This document shows, one piece after another, positions 1 to 10,906 of a stretch of DNA of 53,897 nucleotides. The DNA comes from Clostridia bacterium (GTDB lineage: Bacteria > Bacillota > Clostridia > Oscillospirales > Acutalibacteraceae). A program made the position numbers and the translations under genes. The first letter of the stretch is position 1, and every line of letters begins with the position of its first letter. Under the pieces are notes generated by a model. It ran no database searches and was not told the origin of the DNA. It saw only the letters and a program-made list of their open reading frames with translations. The stretch spans positions 1-53,897 of the forward strand of contig JAFNUO010000023.1 in the NCBI GenBank assembly GCA_017383985.1, given 5' to 3'.

Positions 1-240
1 CTTGCGGCGTGGTGAAAGACGTTGCACAAGGCGACCATCGGGCAATCGCTTCATAGTTGAGTCAATCCACCCAAAGCACAGAGCCTCCTCCACTACGTCA
101 ATATATGCTATAGCGTCCCATTCTGGACGTTTCGTGCGGTATATTACTACCCAGCAACAACGCACTGTAGAGTGATTTTCTTCAAACCAGCCTCTTAACT
201 CATCGCGCGTGGCAAAATGTAAAAGATTTACAACTTCCAT
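1..240 (-). CDS. YdeI/OmpD-associated (OmdA-like) family protein, N-terminal 80 codons, runs off left edge
   Basis: Absent from the ORF track because it has no stop inside the window. Reverse-strand ATG at 240-238; the frame stays open to position 1. Translation: MEVVNLLHFATRDELRGWFEENHSTVRCCWVVIYRTKRPEWDAIAYIDVVEEALCFGWIDSTMKRLPDGRLVQRLSPRRK. The W-x-EENH, EEALCFGWID and SPRRK motifs are typical of this family. Confidence 0.6.
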   Translation of the reverse strand, partial: MEVVNLLHFATRDELRGWFEENHSTVRCCWVVIYRTKRPEWDAIAYIDVVEEALCFGWIDSTMKRLPDGRLVQRLSPRRK

Positions 241-249
241 AAGTTTCGA

Positions 250-858
250 TTGAATGATATTTTTGCTATTCCTCCGGAAACCGAGCTTAGTACCGCCTCC
301 GAAAGCGGATACCGACGTATAATGATTAGGATTGGCAACGCCGACATTTTAAGTCAATTCGACGGCGTGACCAAGGTTTCCGACAACCACAAAAAAGACG
401 TTCGCACTCTTATCGCCATGTTAAGCCGAGAATATGCCGTTTACAACCCTTCCCACGCCGAATATATCGACCATCTTATGCGGCTTATCGTTTCGCTTAT
501 CGCCATGCTTAACATAAAGGAGTCCGACCGACCGTATGTTGAAAGAATAGAAAAAATGCTTACAAACAACCTTTCAAATCCGGGATTTATGCTTGATTCA
601 ATATACTCGGTTGCTCCCGATTTTACAAAAGACTATGTACGGCGCATTTTTAAGCAAAAAACGGGAATGACTCCGAAAGCCTATCTTAATAACCTGCGCA
701 TAAAAAAAGCAAAGGAACTGCTTTTGGACAAAAAGGTTAAATACAGCGTTAAACAAACGGCCGTTGCCTGCGGATTTAACGACCAATATTATTTTTCGCG
801 TATGTTTAAAAGGGCAACGGGACTGTCTCCCGACCATTACAAGCGTCAAATTTCGTAA
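250..858 (+). CDS. AraC/XylS-family transcriptional regulator, N-terminally short (possibly truncated)
   Basis: The C-terminal half carries the double HTH (YVRRIFKQKTGMTPKAYLNNLRIKKAKELL ... VACGFNDQYYFSRMFKRATGLSPDHYKR). Only about 100 aa precede it. The frame opens after TAA at 220-222; the first start is TTG-250 and the first ATG is at 322. Confidence 0.7.
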   Translation: MNDIFAIPPETELSTASESGYRRIMIRIGNADILSQFDGVTKVSDNHKKDVRTLIAMLSREYAVYNPSHAEYIDHLMRLIVSLIAMLNIKESDRPYVERIEKMLTNNLSNPGFMLDSIYSVAPDFTKDYVRRIFKQKTGMTPKAYLNNLRIKKAKELLLDKKVKYSVKQTAVACGFNDQYYFSRMFKRATGLSPDHYKRQIS

Positions 859-966
859 AAATATGTTATTTTATAGGCTTAAAACTTATATTATTATTGT
901 TGTATTACATTATAATAGAGGGATATATATTTTAAATTTCAATAAAATTATTACCATTGTATAAAA

Positions 967-1004
967 CTGCTTGCAAAGTTTGGTACTTTTGCGAGTAGTT
1001 TTTT
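967..1004 (+). terminator. Probable intrinsic terminator after the AraC-like gene
   Basis: Imperfect hairpin ctgcttgcaaagt / acttttgcgagtag followed by tttttt. Confidence 0.45.
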
Positions 1005-1059
1005 GTTAACAAATAGTTTAAAATTAAGTCAAGTATGTTACCCGAAAGGATAAATCAAA

Positions 1060-4000
1060 ATGAAAAAAATTCTATCTCTAGCGCTCACCCTTTTTATCAT
1101 TGCAGGACTATTTAGCTGTCTTACGCTTGTAGCTTCTGCGGAACAGGAAGTTTGGGAATCCTCGTTTGATGCCAAGGATTTTAGCGGCAGCACCGGACGT
1201 ATTAACGCCGGCCTATTTCTTGTTCAAGACGGTTCTACCGATACATTTGAGATTGTAAGCCGTAGGTCATTTAATCTTGACGACGGTTTTTCTATATCCG
1301 CTAACCTCAAAATGAGCAACGGCACCGCCACATATCTTGGCGAGCACTGCTCTATTAAGATTGGCAACGTTGAATTACGCATAGTTAACACAAAGGACGT
1401 TAAAAAATACTCAGCCGTAGTTTATGTAGGCGAAACGATTATCGGTTCCGCCAATTTAGGCGAAAGCGCCGAGGGCAAGTTCCGCCTTTGCATGGACGAA
1501 GACGAAATTTGGGTACTTATTAACGACTCTTATCTTACGTTAACCAATACAAGCGGCAAAACCGGACATTACCTTGTCCGTCCCAATTCGGTTGACGTTA
1601 AAAACGCCCGCCTCAGCTTCAAAATCATGGGTAACGGTTCCTCCTCATACGACCGCAGATTTGATAAATTCTTGCTTGTTGGCGGCGCCGCCACAAAATA
1701 CGATAACAAAGACGTTTATATGCGCATAACTTCGTATGAAGCGGCCGAAAACGAATTTTTCTCCGTACCCGAACGTTCAGTTATTTACACCGGCGACAAG
1801 ATTAAGCTTGACTATAACGCTTGGACAAAATTCACCTGGCCCAACGGCACCGTTCAAACCGAATGGAATATGCGCGCCGACAACGGCCAAAAAGGGCAGC
1901 CGCAAAACGGTTATATGTTCTCTTTCACCGAACCGGGTGAACACACCTTCTACTCCTCAACTTTCGGATACAAACTGGCTACCATTAACGTAGTGGACCG
2001 TTTTTATGCGCCGACCAGCGCACAGGAAGAGGAAAGCACCGATACTAAGTATCCCGACGGTTCTTCTCTCCCTTTCACCGACAAGCTCGTAAAGGGAGAT
2101 ACAGCCGATATCTACGAAAACCCCGTTGAAAACGGCACATTCTTCACCTCCGACCTTTGGCAGGCCGTTCCCCTTATCAGCCAGGAGCTTGTTGACCTTG
2201 GCTATTCGGGCGGCGAAGGTTGTCAGCTTATCAACTCGGTTGCTTACGGAAACGACGGTAAGCTCGCTTTCCTCGGAACCGACGTAGGCGGTCTTTATAA
2301 ATCGGTCGACGGCGGCTCTAACTGGTATTTAAGCACCGTAGGCTTTGACGCAAACGGCGCAACCAGCATTGTAGTTGACCCGAAAAACAATAACCGCGTT
2401 CTTTGTATCGGCGCAAGCTCCGGCTACGACGAAACAAACGGCATTTATCTTTCCACCGACGCCGGCGAAACCTGGAACTACGTTTACTCGGTTGTTCAAA
2501 ACAGCACCGGCGTGGTAGGTTACCACGGCGACACCCGTATTCAGCTTGCTTACGACATAAGCAGTTACGACGCTTCCCTTGGCTACTGCAAGGTTGTTTA
2601 CTGGTCAAGAGAGCACAACTCCGGTTCAAGCGACTACAACTACCCGATGCTTTACAAATCAACCGACGGCGGTTATACCTGGAACGAAATCCCCAACTCC
2701 TCTGCCTATGCCGGCGGCCAAATCCGTGTTTCCGCCGACACCGGTTGGGTGTTTGTTAACACAAACAGTAAAATTTACCGTTCCAAGGACGGCGGTAATT
2801 CTTGGGAAGAGGTCTTATCCGACTCCGTAACCGGTTTCGATATGGTTACAACCTATCCGTCGAACCTTTATGCTACCGGATCGAACGGATATTACGTTTC
2901 GACAGACTACGGCGAGACATGGGACTGCTTTAAAGGCAACCGTTATGAAATAAACGGATATACAATCACCCTCCGTGTTAGCCCGATTGACCCCAACAAC
3001 GTAATTTTCCAGCAGTTCATCGACGATTATAACTACATAATTTACTACTCCAATGACGGCGGCTACAACTGGTCAACCTCCAAATTTGATTACACCGGAA
3101 ACTGGACCGGAACCAGTGGCGCTTCCGTCAGCGCCTTTGCATGGAGTCCCATCCACAAGAACTCGGTAATGGTTTCCGCTTGGGGCGGTATCTATCGCTC
3201 GATTAACGGCGGCTCCGACTTCTTCTGGAGCAACGCAGGCTTTAACAGCATTTGCGGCGGCGGCAAAATAAACTTTAACGTTAACCATCCCGAAATGATA
3301 AGCATCGCTTCCCAGGACTTTAACGGCGGTTATTCGCTTGATAGCGGTAAAACCTGGACCTACATAAACTGGGGTAACAAAAACTGGGGCGGATTTACAT
3401 ACGGCACATACATTCTTAACGCCAACACGATTATTACCGGCGTTGCAACCGCTATGTACGGCAACGATACTTATATTAAGGTTACACACGACGGCGGTAA
3501 AACAATTACCGACACCGGTATTCGCATTGACGGCGCAAGAATCGGTTGCGGCGCCCTTAACGACGACAATATTGCGTTCCTCGGCGAGTACAGAACAACC
3601 GACGGCGGTTACACCTTCACAAAAATGAACGGTTGTACCGGCGTATTCACCATTGACCTCAAAACAGGCCGTCTCTTTGGTTCAAACGGCAATTATGTCG
3701 TAACCTCCACCGATAACGGCGTCACCTGGACAACCGTAGGCAACGTTTCGGGCGGTATTTCCGACATTGCTTACAGCAACGAGTTAAACACCATCTATGT
3801 AGTTGACGGAAACAACTTGTACACCTGCAAGCCTGATTTCTCCTTAACCTCAAACTCATTTAATAGAAGAGGTTTCGGTTATTATGCCGCAAACAGCGTT
3901 GCAGTTGACCCGAACAACGAAGAAGTAGTTTACATCGGCTGCTCAAGCGCTGCTTCTCACAACATGAAGGCTACATGGCGCTCGCTCGACGGCGGTAACA

Positions 4001-5469
4001 CATGGACCTGCCTTACACGTGCAGTAGGCGACGGCAGAGAATGCGCAGACGGCGGTAAACAGCCGCTTTCTATAAGAGTTAGCCCCGTTACAGGCGAATT
4101 GTTCGTTCTTACAGGTTGCCGAGGCGTATGGAAGATAGCCGCTCCTCCCCAGTGGTATCTTGACGCTCAGCTTCCCGCTCCAGAGGCAAGCAGCCTCTTT
4201 GAGCTTATCTCAAAGGATATCGCCGCTAACTCCAAATACACCACCGCTGATTATTCAGAGAGCGACGTTACATACATTTACACCAAGCAGGACCTTTGGA
4301 ACGTACGCAACAACCTTAACGGCTTCTATATTCTCGCAAACGACATCGTATTTAACGATTCCGACTTTGCTCCGGGCGGCGCATTTTATAACGGCGGCGC
4401 TAAATGGTCACCGTATGTTAAAGCATATACTTCCAGCAACACCGCCTTTAGAGGTATCTTCTACGGCAACGGCTATGCGATTAAGAACCTTCAAATATCC
4501 GATACAAGCGCCTCATATCTGTCAATGTTCGGTAGAAACGACGGCCTTATTATGAAAGTCGGCTTTGAAAACTGCAAGCTTCAGACCTCATCAGGCACAT
4601 TCTACGCTTGCCTCATTACCGCGTTAAACTACGGCCAGATTGTAAACTGCTACATCAAGGACGGCCTTGTTGATTCCCCCTCGGATAGAGCAAGTCTTGT
4701 AGCCGGTTTCGGTAACGTTGACACAATTATCGGCTGCTATGTACATGGTAATATTGTTAACTCCCCCCATGCCGCACCGTCCGCTTTCTTAGCATGGCCC
4801 GGCGGCGCAGACTCCGTTGACCCCGCCAACTTAAACTACTATCTTAAAACCGGAGCAGCACGTGCCGCAGGCGATTATACAACGATGGCAAAAGCGCTTA
4901 CCGCTAAAAAAATGTTATACAAATCAAGCTACACCAACTTTGACTTTGAAAACGTTTGGCAAAACGAGGACGGCGTTACAATGCCCACCCTCCGTCATCT
5001 TGAGTTCACAACCGCTGAATCGGAAAACTGGTCGGTTGTTCTTGACGGCGACAACGCTAAACTCCGTATCGGCAAGACCATTAAGACTCACGTTAAGCTT
5101 ATTGACGAAAACGGAAACGAGATAGAAGGCGATTTCCACTTCTATACCACAACTCCCGACGTTGTTTCGGTTAGCGAAAACGGCGACGTTACCGGTCTTA
5201 ACGGCGGTACCGCTTACGTTTACGCCGCAGAATATACAACGGGTCAAATCGTTCGTCTTACCGTTGCGGTAACCCTTACCACAATCATCGGCGACGCAAA
5301 TATCGACGACACCATTAACAGTCTTGACATTCTTTTGGTCCAGCAGCATATTCTCGGCTATACCGAATTAACCGGCGTTTCATGGCATAACTGCGACATT
5401 GACGGTGACTTAGCTCTTGACGCTATCGACCTTTCGATGCTCCAGATGATGATTCTCGGTCTTGCATAA
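1060..5469 (+). CDS. Giant secreted dockerin-containing protein: BNR/Asp-box beta-propeller (GH74/sortilin-like) + GLUG-motif-like region + Big_2 Ig-like domain + type-I dockerin
   Basis: Signal peptide MKKILSLALTLFIIAGLFSCLTLVASA. About 12 spaced S-x-D-G-G-x-x-W Asp-box motifs (SVDGGSNW, STDAGETW, STDGGYTW, SKDGGNSW, STDYGETW, SNDGGYNW, SLDSGKTW, THDGGKT, TTDGGYTF, STDNGVTW, SLDGGNTW). FRGIFYGNGYAIKNLQI block. Big_2-like segment LRIGKTIKTHVKL...VVSVSENGDVTGLNGGTAYVYA. C-terminal duplicated dockerin segments GDANIDDTINSLDILLVQQHILG and CDIDGDLALDAIDLSMLQMMILG. RBS aaagga upstream. Confidence 0.9.
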   Translation: MKKILSLALTLFIIAGLFSCLTLVASAEQEVWESSFDAKDFSGSTGRINAGLFLVQDGSTDTFEIVSRRSFNLDDGFSISANLKMSNGTATYLGEHCSIKIGNVELRIVNTKDVKKYSAVVYVGETIIGSANLGESAEGKFRLCMDEDEIWVLINDSYLTLTNTSGKTGHYLVRPNSVDVKNARLSFKIMGNGSSSYDRRFDKFLLVGGAATKYDNKDVYMRITSYEAAENEFFSVPERSVIYTGDKIKLDYNAWTKFTWPNGTVQTEWNMRADNGQKGQPQNGYMFSFTEPGEHTFYSSTFGYKLATINVVDRFYAPTSAQEEESTDTKYPDGSSLPFTDKLVKGDTADIYENPVENGTFFTSDLWQAVPLISQELVDLGYSGGEGCQLINSVAYGNDGKLAFLGTDVGGLYKSVDGGSNWYLSTVGFDANGATSIVVDPKNNNRVLCIGASSGYDETNGIYLSTDAGETWNYVYSVVQNSTGVVGYHGDTRIQLAYDISSYDASLGYCKVVYWSREHNSGSSDYNYPMLYKSTDGGYTWNEIPNSSAYAGGQIRVSADTGWVFVNTNSKIYRSKDGGNSWEEVLSDSVTGFDMVTTYPSNLYATGSNGYYVSTDYGETWDCFKGNRYEINGYTITLRVSPIDPNNVIFQQFIDDYNYIIYYSNDGGYNWSTSKFDYTGNWTGTSGASVSAFAWSPIHKNSVMVSAWGGIYRSINGGSDFFWSNAGFNSICGGGKINFNVNHPEMISIASQDFNGGYSLDSGKTWTYINWGNKNWGGFTYGTYILNANTIITGVATAMYGNDTYIKVTHDGGKTITDTGIRIDGARIGCGALNDDNIAFLGEYRTTDGGYTFTKMNGCTGVFTIDLKTGRLFGSNGNYVVTSTDNGVTWTTVGNVSGGISDIAYSNELNTIYVVDGNNLYTCKPDFSLTSNSFNRRGFGYYAANSVAVDPNNEEVVYIGCSSAASHNMKATWRSLDGGNTWTCLTRAVGDGRECADGGKQPLSIRVSPVTGELFVLTGCRGVWKIAAPPQWYLDAQLPAPEASSLFELISKDIAANSKYTTADYSESDVTYIYTKQDLWNVRNNLNGFYILANDIVFNDSDFAPGGAFYNGGAKWSPYVKAYTSSNTAFRGIFYGNGYAIKNLQISDTSASYLSMFGRNDGLIMKVGFENCKLQTSSGTFYACLITALNYGQIVNCYIKDGLVDSPSDRASLVAGFGNVDTIIGCYVHGNIVNSPHAAPSAFLAWPGGADSVDPANLNYYLKTGAARAAGDYTTMAKALTAKKMLYKSSYTNFDFENVWQNEDGVTMPTLRHLEFTTAESENWSVVLDGDNAKLRIGKTIKTHVKLIDENGNEIEGDFHFYTTTPDVVSVSENGDVTGLNGGTAYVYAAEYTTGQIVRLTVAVTLTTIIGDANIDDTINSLDILLVQQHILGYTELTGVSWHNCDIDGDLALDAIDLSMLQMMILGLA

Positions 5470-5487
5470 ATAGCCACAAACAACTAT

Positions 5488-5521
5488 AACCTGTCTCGCT
5501 AAAACGAGGCAGGTTATTTTT
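5488..5521 (+). terminator. Intrinsic terminator of the dockerin gene
   Basis: 11-bp stem aacctgtctcg / cgaggcaggtt (one G-T pair), 6-nt loop, then T-run. Confidence 0.75.
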
Positions 5522-5527
5522 AATATA

Positions 5528-5583
5528 AATTCGCCGTATTTTAATACAAAAACGTCGTATTTTAATATAAAAATCGCCGTATC
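5528..5583. repeat. Three tandem ~21-bp repeats (cgYcgtattttaata)
   Basis: cgccgtattttaata at 5532, cgtcgtattttaata at 5553, cgccgtatc at 5575. The third copy forms the left arm of the groEL terminator hairpin. Confidence 0.5.
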
Positions 5584-5599
5584 AAACGATACGGCGATT
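5567..5599 (-). terminator. Intrinsic terminator of groEL
   Basis: 12-bp stem aatcgccgtatc / gatacggcgatt (5572-5599). The A-run on the plus strand gives the T-run on the minus strand. Confidence 0.7.
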
Positions 5600-5621
5600 A
5601 AATTTATTCGGTTTTTGGGAA

Positions 5622-7274
<1,653 letters not shown>

Positions 7275-7281
7275 TTAAAAA

Positions 7282-7581
<300 letters not shown>

Positions 7582-7601
7582 TCAATAAATAACTAAATAA
7601 A

Positions 7602-7628
7602 TTAGCACTCTAATATTAAGAGTGCTAA
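7602..7628 (-). promoter_or_regulatory. CIRCE operator (HrcA binding site)
   Basis: Exact match to the consensus TTAGCACTC-N9-GAGTGCTAA: ttagcactc taatattaa gagtgctaa. Lies between the promoter and groES. Confidence 0.95.
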
Positions 7629-7632
7629 TAAT

Positions 7633-7660
7633 ATTTTAACATCTTTTTTTAAAATTACAA
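7633..7660 (-). promoter_or_regulatory. Putative sigma-A promoter of groES-groEL
   Basis: On the minus strand: TTGTAA, 16 nt, TAAAAT, immediately upstream of CIRCE. Confidence 0.5.
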
Positions 7661-7689
7661 TAGGTTTTGAAAATTTTTCTTATTTTTTT

Positions 7690-8649
7690 CTATTTTTTCG
7701 CCGTTGCCGCTTTTTTTACAATTTCTCGTTTATCCGATTTTACGACCTCGGTATTGGGTATTACAATCTTAAGCGCCGCCGGCAAAAGTTTAACCGTTAT
7801 GCTCTCGGTTACTAAAATTTCGCCGTCGTATGTAACGGGTACGGGCTTTGTTGAAGTCATTTTAAGGGTTTGACATTTGCACATGCTTATAATATCGGTA
7901 TATTTTTCGTGTTCACCCTTCATATAAATCGGAAAAAGGCTTAAAAACCGCGGTTTTGATATGTTTTTTGCCATCATAAAATCAATTTCGTGGTTAAACG
8001 GGTCGGCATGGGGTACGCTTTTCATGCCGCCGCCGTGATATCTTCCGTTGCCCGCAATAGCAAGCAACAACTTTTCCTTCTTATATTCCACTCCGTCGAT
8101 TTCAACCGTCATTTCGTTAGATATTTTTCCCAAAAGAGTATAAAACACCGATAAAATATATGCGGATTTTCCGGAAATATTCGACTTGTTCTTAAATTTT
8201 GAAAAATTATCGGCTGTACGGGCGTCAAAGCCCATTGAAACCTGGTTAATTGCGTAAAGCCCGTCGTCAATTTCCATTACGTCGGCGCGTCTTGTACCGC
8301 CCTCAACCTGCGCCTTTACGTTTATAAAAGTTTCGCGCGGTACGTCAATACTGCTTGCAAAATCGTTGCCAGAGCCGCACGGAATAATTCCCAGCTCGAC
8401 GTTATCGTAGCCGACAACGCCGTTTAAAACCTCGTTAAGCGTTCCGTCGCCGCCGCAAGCGTATATGCGGACAGGCTCGCCTTTTTCGGCGTAGCTTTTG
8501 GCGATAACGGTAGCGTCGCCCTTGTATTTAGTAAATTCAATTTGGTATTTGCCGCCTTTTTTTGAAAAATACTGGCGGATTTCCGGTATAAGCTTTTTTG
8601 TTGTTTTGCCGTTCCCTGCGGCATTGTTTACGATAAAAACATGCTGCAT
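7690..8649 (-). CDS. YegS/BmrU/DagK-family lipid (diacylglycerol) kinase
   Basis: MQHVFIVNNAAGNGKT..., ACGGDGTLNEV and PCGSGNDFA motifs of the DAGK catalytic domain. 319 aa. Confidence 0.85.
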   Translation of the reverse strand: MQHVFIVNNAAGNGKTTKKLIPEIRQYFSKKGGKYQIEFTKYKGDATVIAKSYAEKGEPVRIYACGGDGTLNEVLNGVVGYDNVELGIIPCGSGNDFASSIDVPRETFINVKAQVEGGTRRADVMEIDDGLYAINQVSMGFDARTADNFSKFKNKSNISGKSAYILSVFYTLLGKISNEMTVEIDGVEYKKEKLLLAIAGNGRYHGGGMKSVPHADPFNHEIDFMMAKNISKPRFLSLFPIYMKGEHEKYTDIISMCKCQTLKMTSTKPVPVTYDGEILVTESITVKLLPAALKIVIPNTEVVKSDKREIVKKAATAKK

Positions 8650-8675
8650 AAATACCCCACTCTTTTTTTATTTAA

Positions 8676-9794
8676 TTATTTATAATAAAAATAAAGCTGA
8701 CATCTTATACTTCCATTATACAACTTTCTGCGCTTATCTGCAACCGTTCCGAAAAGTCTTTCAAATTCCTCGTCGGGGCTTATAACGGTATACTTTAAAC
8801 CGTGTCTGCGTTTAAAAACCTTGCCCATCGTTCGGTAAAGGTTTCTTGCCGTTTCTATGTCAAGCATACGTTCGCCGTAAGGCGGATTTGTAACCGTAAC
8901 GCCTCTATCGGTCGGGATAGAAAAATCGGCAACGTCGGCAAGCGTTACGTTTATACAGTCGGATACTCCCGCTTTTTTTGCGTTCGACATGGCCAGCTTA
9001 ACCATTTCGGGGTCATTATCCGAGCCGACCGCCTTAAACGGAACGGTGTTGTCTATCATATCTCTTGCGGCGGCACGTTCGCTGCGCCAAACCTCGGCGG
9101 GGATAAAGGCGAATTTTTCCGACGCAAAGGAACGGAACATGCCCGGAGCAACGTTTCTTGCCATTAATGCGCCCTCGATAAGAATTGTACCTGAGCCGCA
9201 AAACGGGTCGTAAAGGGTAGAATCGTTATAAATTCTTGAAAGCTTTACCATAGCGGCGGCAAGGGTTTCCTTAAGCGGAGCGTCGCCCGAATCGGCGCGA
9301 TAGCCGCGCTTATGAAGGCCCTCTCCCGACGTGTCTATAAGCAACTGCACCTTATCCTTAAGGATAAAAAACGAGATTTTTCGTTCGGCGCCAAGCTCGT
9401 CGAACCAATCAATTTTATACTTACCCTTAAGTCTTTCTACAATCGCTTTTTTAACTATCGACTGGCAATCGGGGATTGAGTAAAGCGCCGAATTAATCGA
9501 ACTGCCCTTTACAGGGAATGCGTCGTCGGCGCCGATGTATCTTTCCCAATCAAGCGCCTTTACGTTATCGAAAAGCTCGGCAAAACTGCGAGCCTCAAAG
9601 GTGCCGACCAAAATTTGTACTCGTTCGGCGAAGCGACTGCGAATATTTGCCCTTGCTATAATTTCGGCGCCGCCGCTAAACAGCACTCGGCCGTTTTCGG
9701 CCAAAACGTTTTCGGCGCCCATGTCCTTAAGCTCATCTGCGACCAGCTTTTCAAGCCCGAAAAGGCACGGCGCTACACAATTAAATTTATCCAT
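8676..9794 (-). CDS. THUMP-domain class I SAM-dependent RNA methyltransferase (RlmL/YpsC-like)
   Basis: N-terminal THUMP-like region, SAM-binding DPFCGSGT and catalytic NPPYGERM motifs. 372 aa. Confidence 0.85.
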   Translation of the reverse strand: MDKFNCVAPCLFGLEKLVADELKDMGAENVLAENGRVLFSGGAEIIARANIRSRFAERVQILVGTFEARSFAELFDNVKALDWERYIGADDAFPVKGSSINSALYSIPDCQSIVKKAIVERLKGKYKIDWFDELGAERKISFFILKDKVQLLIDTSGEGLHKRGYRADSGDAPLKETLAAAMVKLSRIYNDSTLYDPFCGSGTILIEGALMARNVAPGMFRSFASEKFAFIPAEVWRSERAAARDMIDNTVPFKAVGSDNDPEMVKLAMSNAKKAGVSDCINVTLADVADFSIPTDRGVTVTNPPYGERMLDIETARNLYRTMGKVFKRRHGLKYTVISPDEEFERLFGTVADKRRKLYNGSIRCQLYFYYK

Positions 9795-9799
9795 TTCAG

Positions 9800-10642
9800 T
9801 TATAATTCCTCACTTTTGTGGCGTGTTACATGACAGCCGATATTTACCGCTACGGGCAGGCCCGCAATATGAGTTGCGTATTTTTCGATATTGACATAAA
9901 GCGCCGTTGTATCTCCGCCAAAGCCTTGCGGCCCGATACCAAGCTTATTTACGGCGGCGAGCATATCTTTTTCAAGCTCCGCATAGTATTGGTCGCCGTT
10001 TCTTACGTCGGCGGGACGGCAAAGCGCCTTTTTGGAAAGAAGCGCCGCATACTCAAAATCGCCGCCTATGCCGACGCCGATAACCATCGGCGGGCATGGG
10101 TTTGACCCCGCTTTTTTAACAACGTCGCAAACCGCGTTTATAATATCCTCTCTTGTTGCGGCAGGAGTTAACATTCTTACCCCGCTCATGTTTTCGCTGC
10201 CGAAGCCTTTAGGCGCTACGGTGATTTTTACCTTTTCTCCGTCGACAATTCGCGTATGAATTATGGCGGGAGTGTTATCATTTGTGTTAACCCGCAAAAT
10301 CGGGTCGCCGACAACCGATTTTCTAAGTAATCCCTCGGTATAACCGCGGCGTACACCCTCGTTTATCGCCTCTTCAAGACTTCCGCCGACAAAATGAACC
10401 TCCTGGCCTATGTCAACAAAGATAACCGCCATTCCCGTATCCTGGCAAATTGGGATTTTAAGCTCGTTTGCGGCGTCGATATTGTCCCGTATGTCGCACA
10501 TAATACGTTTGCCGAGGGGGCTTGTTTCGTTATTTTTGGCGCAATCTATGCACTCCACCAAATCGGCGGAAAGCCGCCTGTTTGCGTCTATGCAAAGCTT
10601 TTTTACTGCCTCGGCAACCGCCGAAACGTTAATCTCTCTCAT
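9800..10642 (-). CDS. Fe-S type hydro-lyase (class I fumarate hydratase / tartrate dehydratase), alpha subunit only
   Basis: MREINVSAVAEAVKKLCIDANRRL..., CQDTGMAVIFV motif. The 280-aa length is typical of the split alpha subunit. Confidence 0.85.
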   Translation of the reverse strand: MREINVSAVAEAVKKLCIDANRRLSADLVECIDCAKNNETSPLGKRIMCDIRDNIDAANELKIPICQDTGMAVIFVDIGQEVHFVGGSLEEAINEGVRRGYTEGLLRKSVVGDPILRVNTNDNTPAIIHTRIVDGEKVKITVAPKGFGSENMSGVRMLTPAATREDIINAVCDVVKKAGSNPCPPMVIGVGIGGDFEYAALLSKKALCRPADVRNGDQYYAELEKDMLAAVNKLGIGPQGFGGDTTALYVNIEKYATHIAGLPVAVNIGCHVTRHKSEEL

Positions 10643-10707
10643 ATTTTTTCTCCGCTAAAACAGTTTTTTTGTCGAACGATTTTTATCCTAAAATCAGGAC
10701 AAGCATA

Positions 10708-10736
10708 TTGACATTTTTTGGTAATTATAGTATTAT
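10708..10736 (+). promoter_or_regulatory. Consensus-like sigma-A promoter with no downstream CDS (candidate sRNA promoter)
   Basis: TTGACA (10708-10713), 17 nt, TATTAT (10731-10736), on the plus strand between two minus-strand genes. Confidence 0.4.
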
Positions 10737-10796
10737 ACTAATGCAACTCCCTTCATACCTCAATATACACTGTGCGACTTAAAATTGGTCGCAAAT

Positions 10797-10827
10797 GCCG
10801 CCGAGATAATTACGGCGGTATTTTTTT
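10797..10827 (+). terminator. Plus-strand-specific intrinsic terminator (candidate sRNA 3-prime end)
   Basis: Stem gccgccg / cggcggt, 9-nt loop, then a ttttttt run. The minus-strand reading has no T-run. Confidence 0.5.
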
Positions 10828-10861
10828 ATCTTATGAAAAGGAGCCGTATTAATTTTATTGC

Positions 10862-10890
10862 AAAAAAGCGGAGCTGGTCGCTCCGCTTTT
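10862..10890 (-). terminator. Terminator of the S1-domain gene (bidirectional hairpin)
   Basis: Stem gcggagc / gctccgc flanked by an A-run and a T-run. Confidence 0.7.
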
Positions 10891-10906
10891 ATATTTTTTT
10901 TAAAAA

